Positions 17,921-26,072 of a stretch of 32,246 nucleotides of DNA are shown in pieces; the stretch's first letter is position 1; every line of letters starts with the position of its first letter. The translations under genes and the position numbers were made by a program. Below the pieces are notes generated by a model. It did not search any database and was not told where the DNA came from. It saw nothing but the letters and a program-made list of their open reading frames with translations. This DNA is from a virus (Duplodnaviria > Caudoviricetes). The stretch spans positions 1 through 32,246 of IMG/VR virus record IMGVR_UViG_3300032135_000350. One strand, written 5' to 3'.

Positions 17921-19644
17921 ATGATAATCGGGTCGTTAAGAAAGTCATTTATGTCGCCCTTGTCTTCTTCAATGTTTTTAAGCTTCATACCAATTGCATT
18001 AAGCGTGGCCACAATGCCATCGACACGACCTGTTGCTTTTGCTTTTGATATCTTTTTGTTGTTCGCTGCATCTGATTCAGTTACTGCATTAGCAGCGCAC
18101 CATGTTAGAACTGGATTACCGTTATGCTTTATTTGTTCGTTGAGCAGCAGTGTTTCAAATTCATCAATGGCAGGTGCCATGTCTTTGTAACCTTGCCCGT
18201 AACCTTCAAGGGGAAGTTCTTGCCCTTCATCGGCTAATGTTTGAATTAAATCTTCTATTCGCCATCTGTCATAACCTGCTGATATCAAGTTGAAATTACT
18301 TGAAATTGATACGATTCGTTGAGCAACAATCAACTTACTAATTGCTTTACCGGGTGTTACTTCTAAATGGCCTTCTTTAACCCATTGCAGATAATCGACG
18401 CCATCTTGTTCACCTTTTTTTTGCAAATTGTGATCAGGTAACCAGAAGTACGGCAATATTCGCCATATTGGATCATCTTCAGTCGGTTCAAATAAAAATA
18501 CACAGGATGTTAAATCTTGTGTTGATGCCAAATCGATACCTGCATGGCAGTTTCGTCCTTGCAATAATTCTTCACTAATCTGTTCTTCAGCACCCAACCA
18601 TACATCAGCTGATATCCACGGTGATTCTGCACCTACCCATCGACAAAAATTGAGTCGCATCACCATTGATTCTGCTGATGGCATGCCCTTGGCTTCTTTA
18701 ACCAACTCTCTTAAATATTGGTGTTTAATGGTCACGCCTAAGCTTGGGTTTGCTTTGTCCCAGCAACTTTCATCATTAAGCGGATCGTCACTTTCATCTA
18801 ATGCACAAATGTAAGTAAAAAAAGCATCATCTTCTAATTGTTGGGCAGCTACTTTGGTTCCGTAGTCGTGATATTCCCAACAAATTGTATTTTTGTTGTG
18901 GCCACTGTTGGTTATCATCAACATTAAAGCCTGTGATCTTCCCTTAGTACCAGCACGCATCATCTTTACAACGTTGCCGTTTTTATGTTCGTGTATTTCA
19001 TCTAATAATGAAATGTGTGGTCTTGGCCCCGATTGACCATCATCAGCGCTTACAGGTCTAAAAAATGAATGACCTTCAACATAAGAGAGATTCCATACCT
19101 TTTCGCCGGTACCCGATTTAGTGATACGTTTAAATAACTCAGGTGATTGATCAACCATTGCCACCGCATCACGAAACAAAATCATTGCCTGATCTTTTTT
19201 GGTGGCCGCTGCATAAATTTCTGCACGTGGTTCGTTGTCAGCAATCAAACCGTACATGCCAATGCCAGCCGCTAACGGGCTTTTACCTGATCCCTTGGCC
19301 GTTTCAATGTAGGCCACTCGAAAACGTCGATAACCTTCTTGATTAATCCAACCAAACAAACTGCCAATAACAAATGCTTGCCAACCTAATGGAATGTAGG
19401 GAACACCTTCAAAATCACCCCCGTTCAGAACAAGTACATGTTCAAAAAAACCCAGCACATAATCAACACGTTCAACATCAAAATAAAATCCGCGTTTATG
19501 CGCATGCTTTAAATCATCAAGATGTCGTTTACATTGATCACGAACATGAGGGCCTGCAATTATCTTTCCCTCAACAACATCAAGCGCATAGCCAGTAACC
19601 GGATCAACGTCCGAAATACTTTCCTGCACCGCTTGGTTCTTCAT
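17917..19644 (-). CDS. terL: Terminase large subunit
   Basis: Walker A AKGSGKS, Walker B LLDEIH, nuclease GIDLAS..DLT, YDRW, RVDG. Confidence 0.95.
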   Translation of the reverse strand: MKNQAVQESISDVDPVTGYALDVVEGKIIAGPHVRDQCKRHLDDLKHAHKRGFYFDVERVDYVLGFFEHVLVLNGGDFEGVPYIPLGWQAFVIGSLFGWINQEGYRRFRVAYIETAKGSGKSPLAAGIGMYGLIADNEPRAEIYAAATKKDQAMILFRDAVAMVDQSPELFKRITKSGTGEKVWNLSYVEGHSFFRPVSADDGQSGPRPHISLLDEIHEHKNGNVVKMMRAGTKGRSQALMLMITNSGHNKNTICWEYHDYGTKVAAQQLEDDAFFTYICALDESDDPLNDESCWDKANPSLGVTIKHQYLRELVKEAKGMPSAESMVMRLNFCRWVGAESPWISADVWLGAEEQISEELLQGRNCHAGIDLASTQDLTSCVFLFEPTEDDPIWRILPYFWLPDHNLQKKGEQDGVDYLQWVKEGHLEVTPGKAISKLIVAQRIVSISSNFNLISAGYDRWRIEDLIQTLADEGQELPLEGYGQGYKDMAPAIDEFETLLLNEQIKHNGNPVLTWCAANAVTESDAANNKKISKAKATGRVDGIVATLNAIGMKLKNIEEDKGDINDFLNDPIII

Positions 19645-20104
19645 CAGTAAATAAACTCAGTTGAGGTGAAGCAGTTACCCGCGTTCTAGTTGAGGGTGTC
19701 ATACCGAACTCACCCATAAACTTATGCATCTGCTCAGCGGCACGATTACTAATTTGTAATAAAACCGATATTTGTTTGTAACCTGAAGGCGTCTCTTCAA
19801 TTAACGCATCATCACCAAGCTTTTTTAACTTAGTTTCAGCGCCTGCCCAGCGTGCGTATGCTTGGCAATATGCCGCTAATGCTGCCATATCCAACTCAGT
19901 GATTAATCCTAACTTTTCAAGATGTACAGAAATGCGTGACCATTCTTTTTTTGCACCTGGTAACAAATGCGCCGGAGCCCGTGGAATTGAAACATCAGGT
20001 AAAACTGAATCTCTATTACGTAACTCACTTTCAGCTAATTTGCTACGATTACCATTTAAACGATGAACATTTGCAGGCAATGCTTTTGGTCCTGTTCTAG
20101 CCAT
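19604..20104 (-). CDS. terS: Terminase small subunit, P27 family
   Basis: GPK.LP...H.L.GN, AKKEW, D.AALAAYC.AY.RW, EFGMTPS.R.RV. Confidence 0.92.
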   Translation of the reverse strand: MARTGPKALPANVHRLNGNRSKLAESELRNRDSVLPDVSIPRAPAHLLPGAKKEWSRISVHLEKLGLITELDMAALAAYCQAYARWAGAETKLKKLGDDALIEETPSGYKQISVLLQISNRAAEQMHKFMGEFGMTPSTRTRVTASPQLSLFTDEEPSGAGKYFGR

Positions 20105-20106
20105 AA

Positions 20107-20289
20107 TTAAATACCTCGATTACGAACACATTCAGCCAAAACATTTCCGTCAAATTTTATAAATCTAGATAAATCAGTTGGTGAAAGTAACGGACTAACA
20201 AGAGTCCATTCGCCATCCAATTTAAAAACATATCCTTTAGCTTCAAGATCACCAATAAAATTGATAATTACCTCTTTATTTTTAATCAT
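20107..20289 (-). CDS. Small hypothetical protein (60 aa)
   Basis: MIKNKEV... ends 2 nt before terS; the longer ORF-track start runs into the cos region. Confidence 0.5.
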   Translation of the reverse strand: MIKNKEVIINFIGDLEAKGYVFKLDGEWTLVSPLLSPTDLSRFIKFDGNVLAECVRNRGI

Positions 20290-20309
20290 AATCAACCCTA
20301 ATAAAGAGA

Positions 20310-20402
20310 TACCCCCCCTACCTAATTCCCGCTGATGCACAGAAAGAGGGGGCGTCGGTCTAGAAGATGTTAATATCTTGAAGAATTTAGCCCCCTACCC
20401 CT
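20310..20402 (-). other. Putative cos packaging region (3'-overhang type)
   Basis: GC-rich patch between HNH and terS: GGGTAGGGGG...AGACCGACGCCCCCTC...CGGGAATT, the layout recalled for HK97/D3-like cos regions. Confidence 0.6.
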
Positions 20403-20702
20403 TTATTTAGTGTGATTCCAGTGGTGATTTGGGTCAATTGGTATGCCTTTCGTGTCACATCCAACTACATTACCCGTCTTCTCTAACCTTTGTTTCCATG
20501 AGTCATGGCACAACTTGCACAATGATTGCCAATTACTTCTTTTCCAAAACAGAACTAAATCACCACGATGCGGTATTTTGTGATCAACTACAGTTGCCAC
20601 AACGATATCGCCTTTAGCTTCATGATGAACACATAGTGGATATTCAGTTAGATAAGCAGCTCTGGCTTGTTGCCACTTATAGCTGTAAAGAGATTTAGCC
20701 AT
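20403..20702 (-). CDS. HNH endonuclease (HK97 gp74-like packaging cofactor)
   Basis: PLCVHH..ATVVDHKIPHRGD..LFW..NWQSLCKLCHD; upstream of the terminase genes. Confidence 0.92.
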   Translation of the reverse strand: MAKSLYSYKWQQARAAYLTEYPLCVHHEAKGDIVVATVVDHKIPHRGDLVLFWKRSNWQSLCKLCHDSWKQRLEKTGNVVGCDTKGIPIDPNHHWNHTK

Positions 20703-20967
20703 TAGCCTCATCATCCCGTTGCTTCATTGCTCTCACACTTAATCTGAAATCAACTAATTGCATTTCTTTTTGATTTTTCTTGTGATTTGACCATGCTGTA
20801 AATGCTGCAATGATTACTGAGAACACGACACCAATCGCACCAACCACCTGATTGAATGTCAGGATAGAGATAACCCCCGTGGTGCTAGTAGCAGCATAAG
20901 TAGCTTTAGTTTGCAGAGTAGAAGCGAAGAACAAAGCCGCGCGTTTCTTTACCCAGTCTAAATCCAC
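20695..20967 (-). CDS. Putative holin (GTG start, 90 aa)
   Basis: AAGGA SD; LTFNQVVGAIGVVFSVIIAAFTAW TM followed by a basic tail; first gene after tR'. Confidence 0.65.
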   Translation of the reverse strand: MDLDWVKKRAALFFASTLQTKATYAATSTTGVISILTFNQVVGAIGVVFSVIIAAFTAWSNHKKNQKEMQLVDFRLSVRAMKQRDDEANG

Positions 20968-20986
20968 AATAATTCCTTTCAGCCAT

Positions 20987-21023
20987 AAAAAAACCCCGAG
21001 AACTTCGCAGCTCATCGGGGTTT
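20987..21023 (-). terminator. tR'-like terminator
   Basis: Minus strand AAACCCCGA...TCGGGG-TTTTTTT, about 40 nt downstream of the late promoter. Confidence 0.75.
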
Positions 21024-21064
21024 CTTAATAATGTTTTTGGTGACCAATCGGCACCGTGAGGCAT

Positions 21065-21093
21065 AAGTTAGTCCTAATTTTTAAAAATTGCAA
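21065..21093 (-). promoter_or_regulatory. pR'-like late promoter
   Basis: TTGCAA-17 bp-TAACTT directly after the Q-like gene and before a terminator. Confidence 0.6.
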
Positions 21094-21101
21094 ACATATT
21101 T

Positions 21102-21572
21102 TCAAATCTCTGCATTTTCATTCAACTCAGAGCTTATAGAAGGACTTGACAGTGCCATTGCAACCATTCCGATTGCGATATTTAATAACTCATGAAGCCT
21201 AGTAGTATTTACCTTGCCTTTCAAGTTAAAAAGTTCATCATTAAAAGCATTTTCGTTTTCCCTTCTCTTTGCCTCCATCCTCAATATTAGAAAAGTAATA
21301 TTACAGGAAACAAGTTCACCATTTCGCCTTGGATCGGCACAAGGCTTGTAATGCATGCCAACAACCTCACGCATTACATCACTAAAATATTTATGATAAA
21401 CAAGTCCAACCACATCAACTCTATCGTCATGCCATTCTGCACTTATGCCGCGAGCCCTAGGAACAAATGAAGATGTATCTGGAAATGCTCTAGGCCCACC
21501 ATAACCCTCGCCCCATCCCCATAATGCTAAACAATGGCTTGCCTCGTAATTCCTTACAGGACAACCCATCAT
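21102..21572 (-). CDS. Q-like late antiterminator
   Basis: L..WG.., DD, E....HY, C-terminal L..A.G.V pattern; position before pR'/tR'. Confidence 0.6.
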   Translation of the reverse strand: MMGCPVRNYEASHCLALWGWGEGYGGPRAFPDTSSFVPRARGISAEWHDDRVDVVGLVYHKYFSDVMREVVGMHYKPCADPRRNGELVSCNITFLILRMEAKRRENENAFNDELFNLKGKVNTTRLHELLNIAIGMVAMALSSPSISSELNENAEI

Positions 21573-21964
21573 TACTGGTCACCTTGATCAATATCATCCT
21601 GCATCATGAAAGCTAAACAACACATTGCATGGGCTAAGTGATGTTTACCTGATTCATCATCATTCGAATTCCCGTTTCGGAAAGCATCGACATGTCTTTG
21701 CAACGCATCGTAATACCTATCTTGCAAACGAGGTATAGTTTTCCAGTTGTGATCACCGTACTTATCCGCTCCAAACGTCAACACATCGACAAACTCAGCC
21801 ATCACACTTGGCGGCACTAAAGAATAACGGCGCTTACCGTCATCAAGCTTCTTGCCAATAACTTCACCATCTAACCGACGATGACGGCCACACAATCCAC
21901 AATCCCTCAACTGAACACTATTCAAACACCCACACGATGAACATACAAAATTCATATCGACCAC
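21572..21964 (-). CDS. DUF5664-like dATP/dGTP diphosphohydrolase domain with N-terminal C4 zinc ribbon
   Basis: GKKLDDGK.RYSLVP, VLTFGA.KY..NW, YYDA..RH, DDESG.HHLAHA.CC..F; CxxC-x10-CxxC. Confidence 0.8.
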   Translation of the reverse strand: MVDMNFVCSSCGCLNSVQLRDCGLCGRHRRLDGEVIGKKLDDGKRRYSLVPPSVMAEFVDVLTFGADKYGDHNWKTIPRLQDRYYDALQRHVDAFRNGNSNDDESGKHHLAHAMCCLAFMMQDDIDQGDQ

Positions 21965-22161
21965 CCCGCATATTCCATCGCTACAATAAACATACCTAAC
22001 GCTTCACTCAACGTCACACCAGAACCCTGCACCTTCACCCGATTACATCTCACCTCAAACAAATCACCACACTTATCAATCGAAACCCCAAAACCACGTA
22101 ATGCTAGACACTCAATCTTAAACGCCACCTGGGCATAACTGCACTGCTCACTATCCGTCAT
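21952..22161 (-). CDS. Hypothetical protein
   Basis: GAGG SD before MTDSEQ. Confidence 0.55.
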   Translation of the reverse strand: MTDSEQCSYAQVAFKIECLALRGFGVSIDKCGDLFEVRCNRVKVQGSGVTLSEALGMFIVAMEYAGWSI

Positions 22162-22230
22162 AAACCTCACCTTTCGATAACCGATAATCGACAACCACAA
22201 TGCAAACACAACACCGCGCCATCCTCAAAA

Positions 22231-22656
22231 TTACCCATGAATCAACCCTCCACTTCTAATCTTGGCCATTGCCTTATCACGCGCAGCTTTAGCAGACCCG
22301 CTTCTTGGTCCATTCCTGCTTGCAGCTTCATCAGTCAGGCGCTGGCATAAGTAATTAATCGTCTCCAAGCTAGGTGCCTTGTAATCACCACGTCCAATCA
22401 CCTCAGCTATCGCATCAGTCACCACACCAGGTGTAAACCGTGACAAACGCTTTTCCCACACCGTCGCCTTAGCGTGATAATCAACTTGCGAATCAACATC
22501 GTTAAACCATGTACCACCAAAATGACGCGCCATGTCAGCAAATAAAGGCGTCACACGTGGTAAGCCCATAGGTGTTTTTAACTTCTTGCCGATCTTTGTT
22601 CCATTCACCCCTGCAATCCCCTGCATCACACTACGACCTGAATTTGCATTAGCCAT
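22231..22656 (-). CDS. Replication protein P-like (putative helicase loader)
   Basis: FG..W, W...L, APSL......LC pattern; directly after the initiator. Confidence 0.55.
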   Translation of the reverse strand: MANANSGRSVMQGIAGVNGTKIGKKLKTPMGLPRVTPLFADMARHFGGTWFNDVDSQVDYHAKATVWEKRLSRFTPGVVTDAIAEVIGRGDYKAPSLETINYLCQRLTDEAASRNGPRSGSAKAARDKAMAKIRSGGLIHG

Positions 22657-23395
22657 GATTAACCCCCTTCTCATTCATTTTTTGTCGCTCAAAATCTCGA
22701 TAAAGCCTTGCTCGATATTGTGGAAATGACTCACCTGCATTAGCCTTGCTTAACCCCACCTTGCTTGCCCATGATTCGAGATCATCGTCATTGCTTGGTA
22801 AATTTGTAAGTTCTTTTGTTTTCTTACCGTTATCCCAATATCGAACAGCCTCCTGCCAATCCGTCATCAAACCCCTGCCCACGACCCAATGTTTTTTCTC
22901 GTAAAAATCATAGAACACGATTGCATCCACCTTGCTGCCGATCTGCTTGCAGTAATCTGCAATTTCATTCACCGATGGTTTAATAAATTTATTATTTTCT
23001 TTTCGCGCATGCGTTTTAAGTGACTGGTTAAAAGAGTGACTGGTTATGGGTGCAGAATCTGCACCATCCAAGGGTGCAGAATCTGCACCACTGGGTGCAG
23101 AATCTGCACTAGGTGTGGATAAGTTATCCACAGGAAAATGCAACTTATACACATTGGACCTGTTCTTATTTCCTGAGAATCTCGGGATTATTTCAAGATA
23201 CCCATCAATCTCCAGCTGCTTTACATGCTCAATAGCACTACGCTTTGAAATTTCACAACAATCAGCAATGTATTGGTAGCTCGGAAAGCACTCACCATCA
23301 TCATTCGCGTTATCAGCCAGCTTTATCAAAACCAATTTACGTGCAGGATTGCCCAGCTTGCACGTCATAGCCCTAACCATCAGCAACATACTCAT
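22649..23395 (-). CDS. Replication initiator (O-like, N-terminal HTH)
   Basis: KLVLIKLADNANDDGECFPS..IA..CE.S.RS; internal iterons; C-terminal PS..EI..YC..FYDFY...W. Confidence 0.88.
   Translation of the reverse strand: MSMLLMVRAMTCKLGNPARKLVLIKLADNANDDGECFPSYQYIADCCEISKRSAIEHVKQLEIDGYLEIIPRFSGNKNRSNVYKLHFPVDNLSTPSADSAPSGADSAPLDGADSAPITSHSFNQSLKTHARKENNKFIKPSVNEIADYCKQIGSKVDAIVFYDFYEKKHWVVGRGLMTDWQEAVRYWDNGKKTKELTNLPSNDDDLESWASKVGLSKANAGESFPQYRARLYRDFERQKMNEKGVNHG
23049..23110. repeat. Three palindromic 17-bp iterons (phage origin)
   Basis: GGTGCAGAATCTGCAC(C/T) at 23049, 23073 and 23094. Confidence 0.9.
23114..23132. promoter_or_regulatory. Inverted pair of perfect DnaA boxes
   Basis: TGTGGATAA-G-TTATCCACA, 3 bp from the third iteron. 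Confidence 0.8.
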
Positions 23396-23556
23396 TTACA
23401 TTTAACTCCGCGAACAGCTTTAACAGCCCGAGCAGGCAGATTAAATACCCAGAAAACGCATTGCCAAAACACCACCACCACGCAATACATAAACAACAAT
23501 ACAAACCCTATCGCCATCTCAAACCAACTAAACTCTCGTTTATTGTCGTACCTCAT
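23392..23556 (-). CDS. 54-aa membrane protein (not in ORF track)
   Basis: MRYDNKREFSWFEMAIGFVLLFMYCVVVVFWQCVFWVFNLPARAVKAVRGVKCK; TAATG and ATGA coupling on both sides. Confidence 0.65.
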   Translation of the reverse strand: MRYDNKREFSWFEMAIGFVLLFMYCVVVVFWQCVFWVFNLPARAVKAVRGVKCK

Positions 23557-23966
23557 TAACTTTCCTTCTTACGTGTTGCCGTGCGTAACTGTAATTTCCC
23601 ACCAGACTGAATACGGCCTGAACCGCGAACGCGAACCCTAACGATAGGTTGCTGACCTTCCTTGCTGGCTTGAGCGGGACTCGGCGCTAATAAACCACCA
23701 ACAGATGAAATAATCAGCCCATAAATCAACAAAGTTTTAAACGACAAGATCCCTTTAATCACCCCGATAACAACCGCGTTTGTACTGTTATCTGCGTCTA
23801 ACTTCTGGAATATGTGATTAAAGTGCGTGTTTATCGTTGATAACGAGCGATGCAAACGCGCTGACATTTCAGGGCGAGAAAGCCCTTCTGCCATCAACGC
23901 AAATATTTTATTTTCAGTGGGTGATAGCGGTGATTTATCACAATGTACATCAGCATGAATTTTCAT
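23556..23966 (-). CDS. LuxR/GerE-type HTH regulator with C-terminal hydrophobic segment and Arg-rich tail
   Basis: LSPTE..IF.LMAEGLS..EMS.RL.RS.STINTH...IFQKL. Confidence 0.85.
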   Translation of the reverse strand: MKIHADVHCDKSPLSPTENKIFALMAEGLSRPEMSARLHRSLSTINTHFNHIFQKLDADNSTNAVVIGVIKGILSFKTLLIYGLIISSVGGLLAPSPAQASKEGQQPIVRVRVRGSGRIQSGGKLQLRTATRKKES

Positions 23967-24045
23967 AAAGAAACCTCATAATCACTATATTGATCGATGT
24001 TGCTACCCATTGAACGCTGGATAATGGCACCATGAATCAGAGAAT

Positions 24046-24076
24046 AAAAAAAAGCGCGAACTCGATAAGAGCGCGC
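24046..24076 (-). terminator. tR1-like terminator after cro
   Basis: Minus strand GCGCG-CTC-ttatc-GAG-tt-CGCGC-T8. Confidence 0.7.
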
Positions 24077-24123
24077 ACCCATGAAGCCCGTAACGAAGCT
24101 CAATTGATTACGGGATATAAAAA

Positions 24124-24303
24124 TCATGCAACTTTAAATCTTGGCTTATCAGCATGTAAAACGCCTTTTGATATAACCTCGATCTGATATTGCCGACCAA
24201 TAGGAATCACTTCCCAGTGGAAAACAGCTTGTTTAGTTACCCCGAGCGACTTAGCTAAATTGCTCGCGGTTCCAAAATATTTAATTGCATCGTCTTTTTT
24301 CAT
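24124..24303 (-). CDS. cro: Cro repressor (P22 Cro/DicC-like)
   Basis: MKKDDAIKYFG....LAK.LGVTKQAV.HW..IP..RQYQIE..S.G.L.AD; divergent from cI. Confidence 0.9.
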   Translation of the reverse strand: MKKDDAIKYFGTASNLAKSLGVTKQAVFHWEVIPIGRQYQIEVISKGVLHADKPRFKVA

Positions 24304-24310
24304 GCAGCAA

Positions 24311-24371
24311 GTAAACCATAGTTTACTAATGAGGGTCAACCATGCTTTATACTGAGTCAAGTATTATTTAC
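24311..24371. promoter_or_regulatory. oR: three 16-bp operators overlapping pR/pRM
   Basis: GTAAACcataGTTTAC (24311), GTCAACcatgCTTTAT (24335), GTCAAGtattATTTAC (24356); minus-strand TTGACC-18-TTTACT. Confidence 0.75.
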
Positions 24372-24374
24372 TTT

Positions 24375-25046
24375 ATGAACATAGGTGAAAGAATTACTAA
24401 AGCACGTGATGCGGCAAAAATGTCAAAGGCCGATCTTGCTCGAAAAACAGGCATAACAAAGCAAGGAATTGGAAAAATAGAGAATGGTGAAACGAAGTCA
24501 CCAACACCAGAAAACCTGCTTAAAATTGCCACCGCTATAAATATAACAATGGAAGAACTCATTACAGGCAACAAGCGCTATACCGTGAATGAGCATCCAA
24601 AAGAATATCTTACTACCTCAGCCACCACCAACATTAGCGAAGGCCCTTCCTCGAAGGGTTTAGTTCCGCTTATATCATGGGTTCAAGCTGGCAACTTTTG
24701 TGAAGCAGTTGATTTATTTGAAGTAGGCACTGCTGAAAACTGGTATCCATGCCCCGTTAACCACAGTAAAGAAACTTACATTTTGAGAGTACAAGGCACA
24801 TCGATGGAGCCAGAATATAGAGATGGCGACCTAATCTTTGTCGATCCGCATGTACAACCAAACCATAACAGCGACATCGTTCTAAGACTTGTTGATTCAA
24901 ATACCGCTACATTCAAACGCCTGCAAATTGTAGGTAACGAACACTACGTAAGCCCAATCAACAAAGAATGGCCAGAGTCTGTTATTCGAATAACAGAACT
25001 AGCACAAATATGTGGCGTGGTTATTTTTTCTGGGCGCTTGAGATAG
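24375..25046 (+). CDS. cI: CI repressor (XRE HTH + S24 autopeptidase)
   Basis: N-terminal HTH; VPLISWVQAG cleavage site, GTSM catalytic Ser, TFKRL catalytic Lys. Confidence 0.95.
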   Translation: MNIGERITKARDAAKMSKADLARKTGITKQGIGKIENGETKSPTPENLLKIATAINITMEELITGNKRYTVNEHPKEYLTTSATTNISEGPSSKGLVPLISWVQAGNFCEAVDLFEVGTAENWYPCPVNHSKETYILRVQGTSMEPEYRDGDLIFVDPHVQPNHNSDIVLRLVDSNTATFKRLQIVGNEHYVSPINKEWPESVIRITELAQICGVVIFSGRLR

Positions 25047-25273
25047 TGTATTATCTTGATAAAATAATTATAAAACACAAATTAATTAATACTGGCTTTG
25101 TTTTTAAATTAGCCTAATTTTAAATTTATAAGGACATAAGTTAATGCTAAAAATTCAGGCTTTTAAAGCGATACTTAACATTCAATTTCATGGTTCTACT
25201 GACAGATCATGAAAGACACCATAAATTATTATTGCAAAGATTATATTTGTTTATTGATACTAAACTAGGTATC

Positions 25274-25693
25274 ATGTTTAATATAATAATATCAGAAAAT
25301 GCATATAGTGATCTAAAGGATATCGCTGCTGAAAACCCAGATAAAGCAGCTAAAATTGCCGCACTAATCCATACTATAAATTCAGATCAGGATTTGTTAA
25401 GCAGACTTACAAATGATAATTTTGAAAACTATGATGAACCACAGTTTAATGTAGATACATGGGTTTCTGCACAGAGAGAAAGAGGAATTAGCCTCTGGAG
25501 ATTAAAGTTTCTAGAGCAATTCGACATAGCCGCATACAGGATAATTTACACGTATGACGGCACAAAAAACAATGAAAACTACTATATTTTAGCAGTTGTT
25601 CATAGGGAGTTTAATTATGAAACAAGAAGCGATCTTGCGATTCGAATCTTTAATGACTATAGGGACCTCGACTTATACATTACGGGGCATTAA
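25274..25693 (+). CDS. RelE/ParE-superfamily toxin-like protein
   Basis: I.ISENA.SDL..I N-terminus, LWRLK, YRIIY, YILAVVHR; AGGT SD before 25274. Confidence 0.7.
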   Translation: MFNIIISENAYSDLKDIAAENPDKAAKIAALIHTINSDQDLLSRLTNDNFENYDEPQFNVDTWVSAQRERGISLWRLKFLEQFDIAAYRIIYTYDGTKNNENYYILAVVHREFNYETRSDLAIRIFNDYRDLDLYITGH

Positions 25694-26072
25694 TAGATCA
25701 GGAACATCTGATAATATCGTTAAATTCGTAGAGTCTGATATCACGCCAAAGAATATTATTCCGACTGGATTTATGAGTGTTGATCGGCTTGTTGAGTCAT
25801 TTAGTCGTGACATACCTGATGGCGAAGAGTTGTTGATTAATGCAAGAAAAGATATAGCTAATGTTTTTTATGAAGGTATAAATACTTTTACCTCTATAAG
25901 ACTTCGCTCTGGCTTGTCACAGAGAAAACTATCTAAATTAGTTGGTACATCTCAGGCTCATATTTCAAAAATAGAGCACGGCAAGAATGATCCTACTTTG
26001 AGCACATTAAGGAAGCTAGCGGCTGCTTTAGGTGTTTCGATTGAAGAGTTAGATGCTGCAATGCCATCATGA
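25617..26072 (+). CDS. HigA-like antitoxin with C-terminal XRE HTH
   Basis: IRLRSGLSQRKLS..VGTSQAHISKIEHG..DPTLSTLRKLAAALGVS; AGGGAG SD at 25604. Confidence 0.8.
   Translation: MKQEAILRFESLMTIGTSTYTLRGINRSGTSDNIVKFVESDITPKNIIPTGFMSVDRLVESFSRDIPDGEELLINARKDIANVFYEGINTFTSIRLRSGLSQRKLSKLVGTSQAHISKIEHGKNDPTLSTLRKLAAALGVSIEELDAAMPS

Noticed and set aside
21572-21964. Evidence for a 2-aminoadenine (Z) or otherwise modified genome
   Set aside because: No PurZ, HD dATPase or phage DNA polymerase anywhere in the window
23049-23110. Palindromic repeats as a mini CRISPR array
   Set aside because: Only 17 bp with 4-7 bp gaps, in frame inside the initiator gene, and no cas genes; these are iterons
1076-23641. 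Numerous plus-strand ORFs in the ORF track (e.g. 1076-1342, 7039-7365, 9058-9381, 17852-18190, 23273-23641)
   Set aside because: Antisense shadows of well-supported minus-strand phage genes, with no recognisable motifs
25144-25273. Two tiny ORFs upstream of the toxin and the ORF-track extension to 25190
   Set aside because: About 20 aa each in very AT-rich DNA that more likely holds the operon promoter; the RelE-like fold begins at 25274
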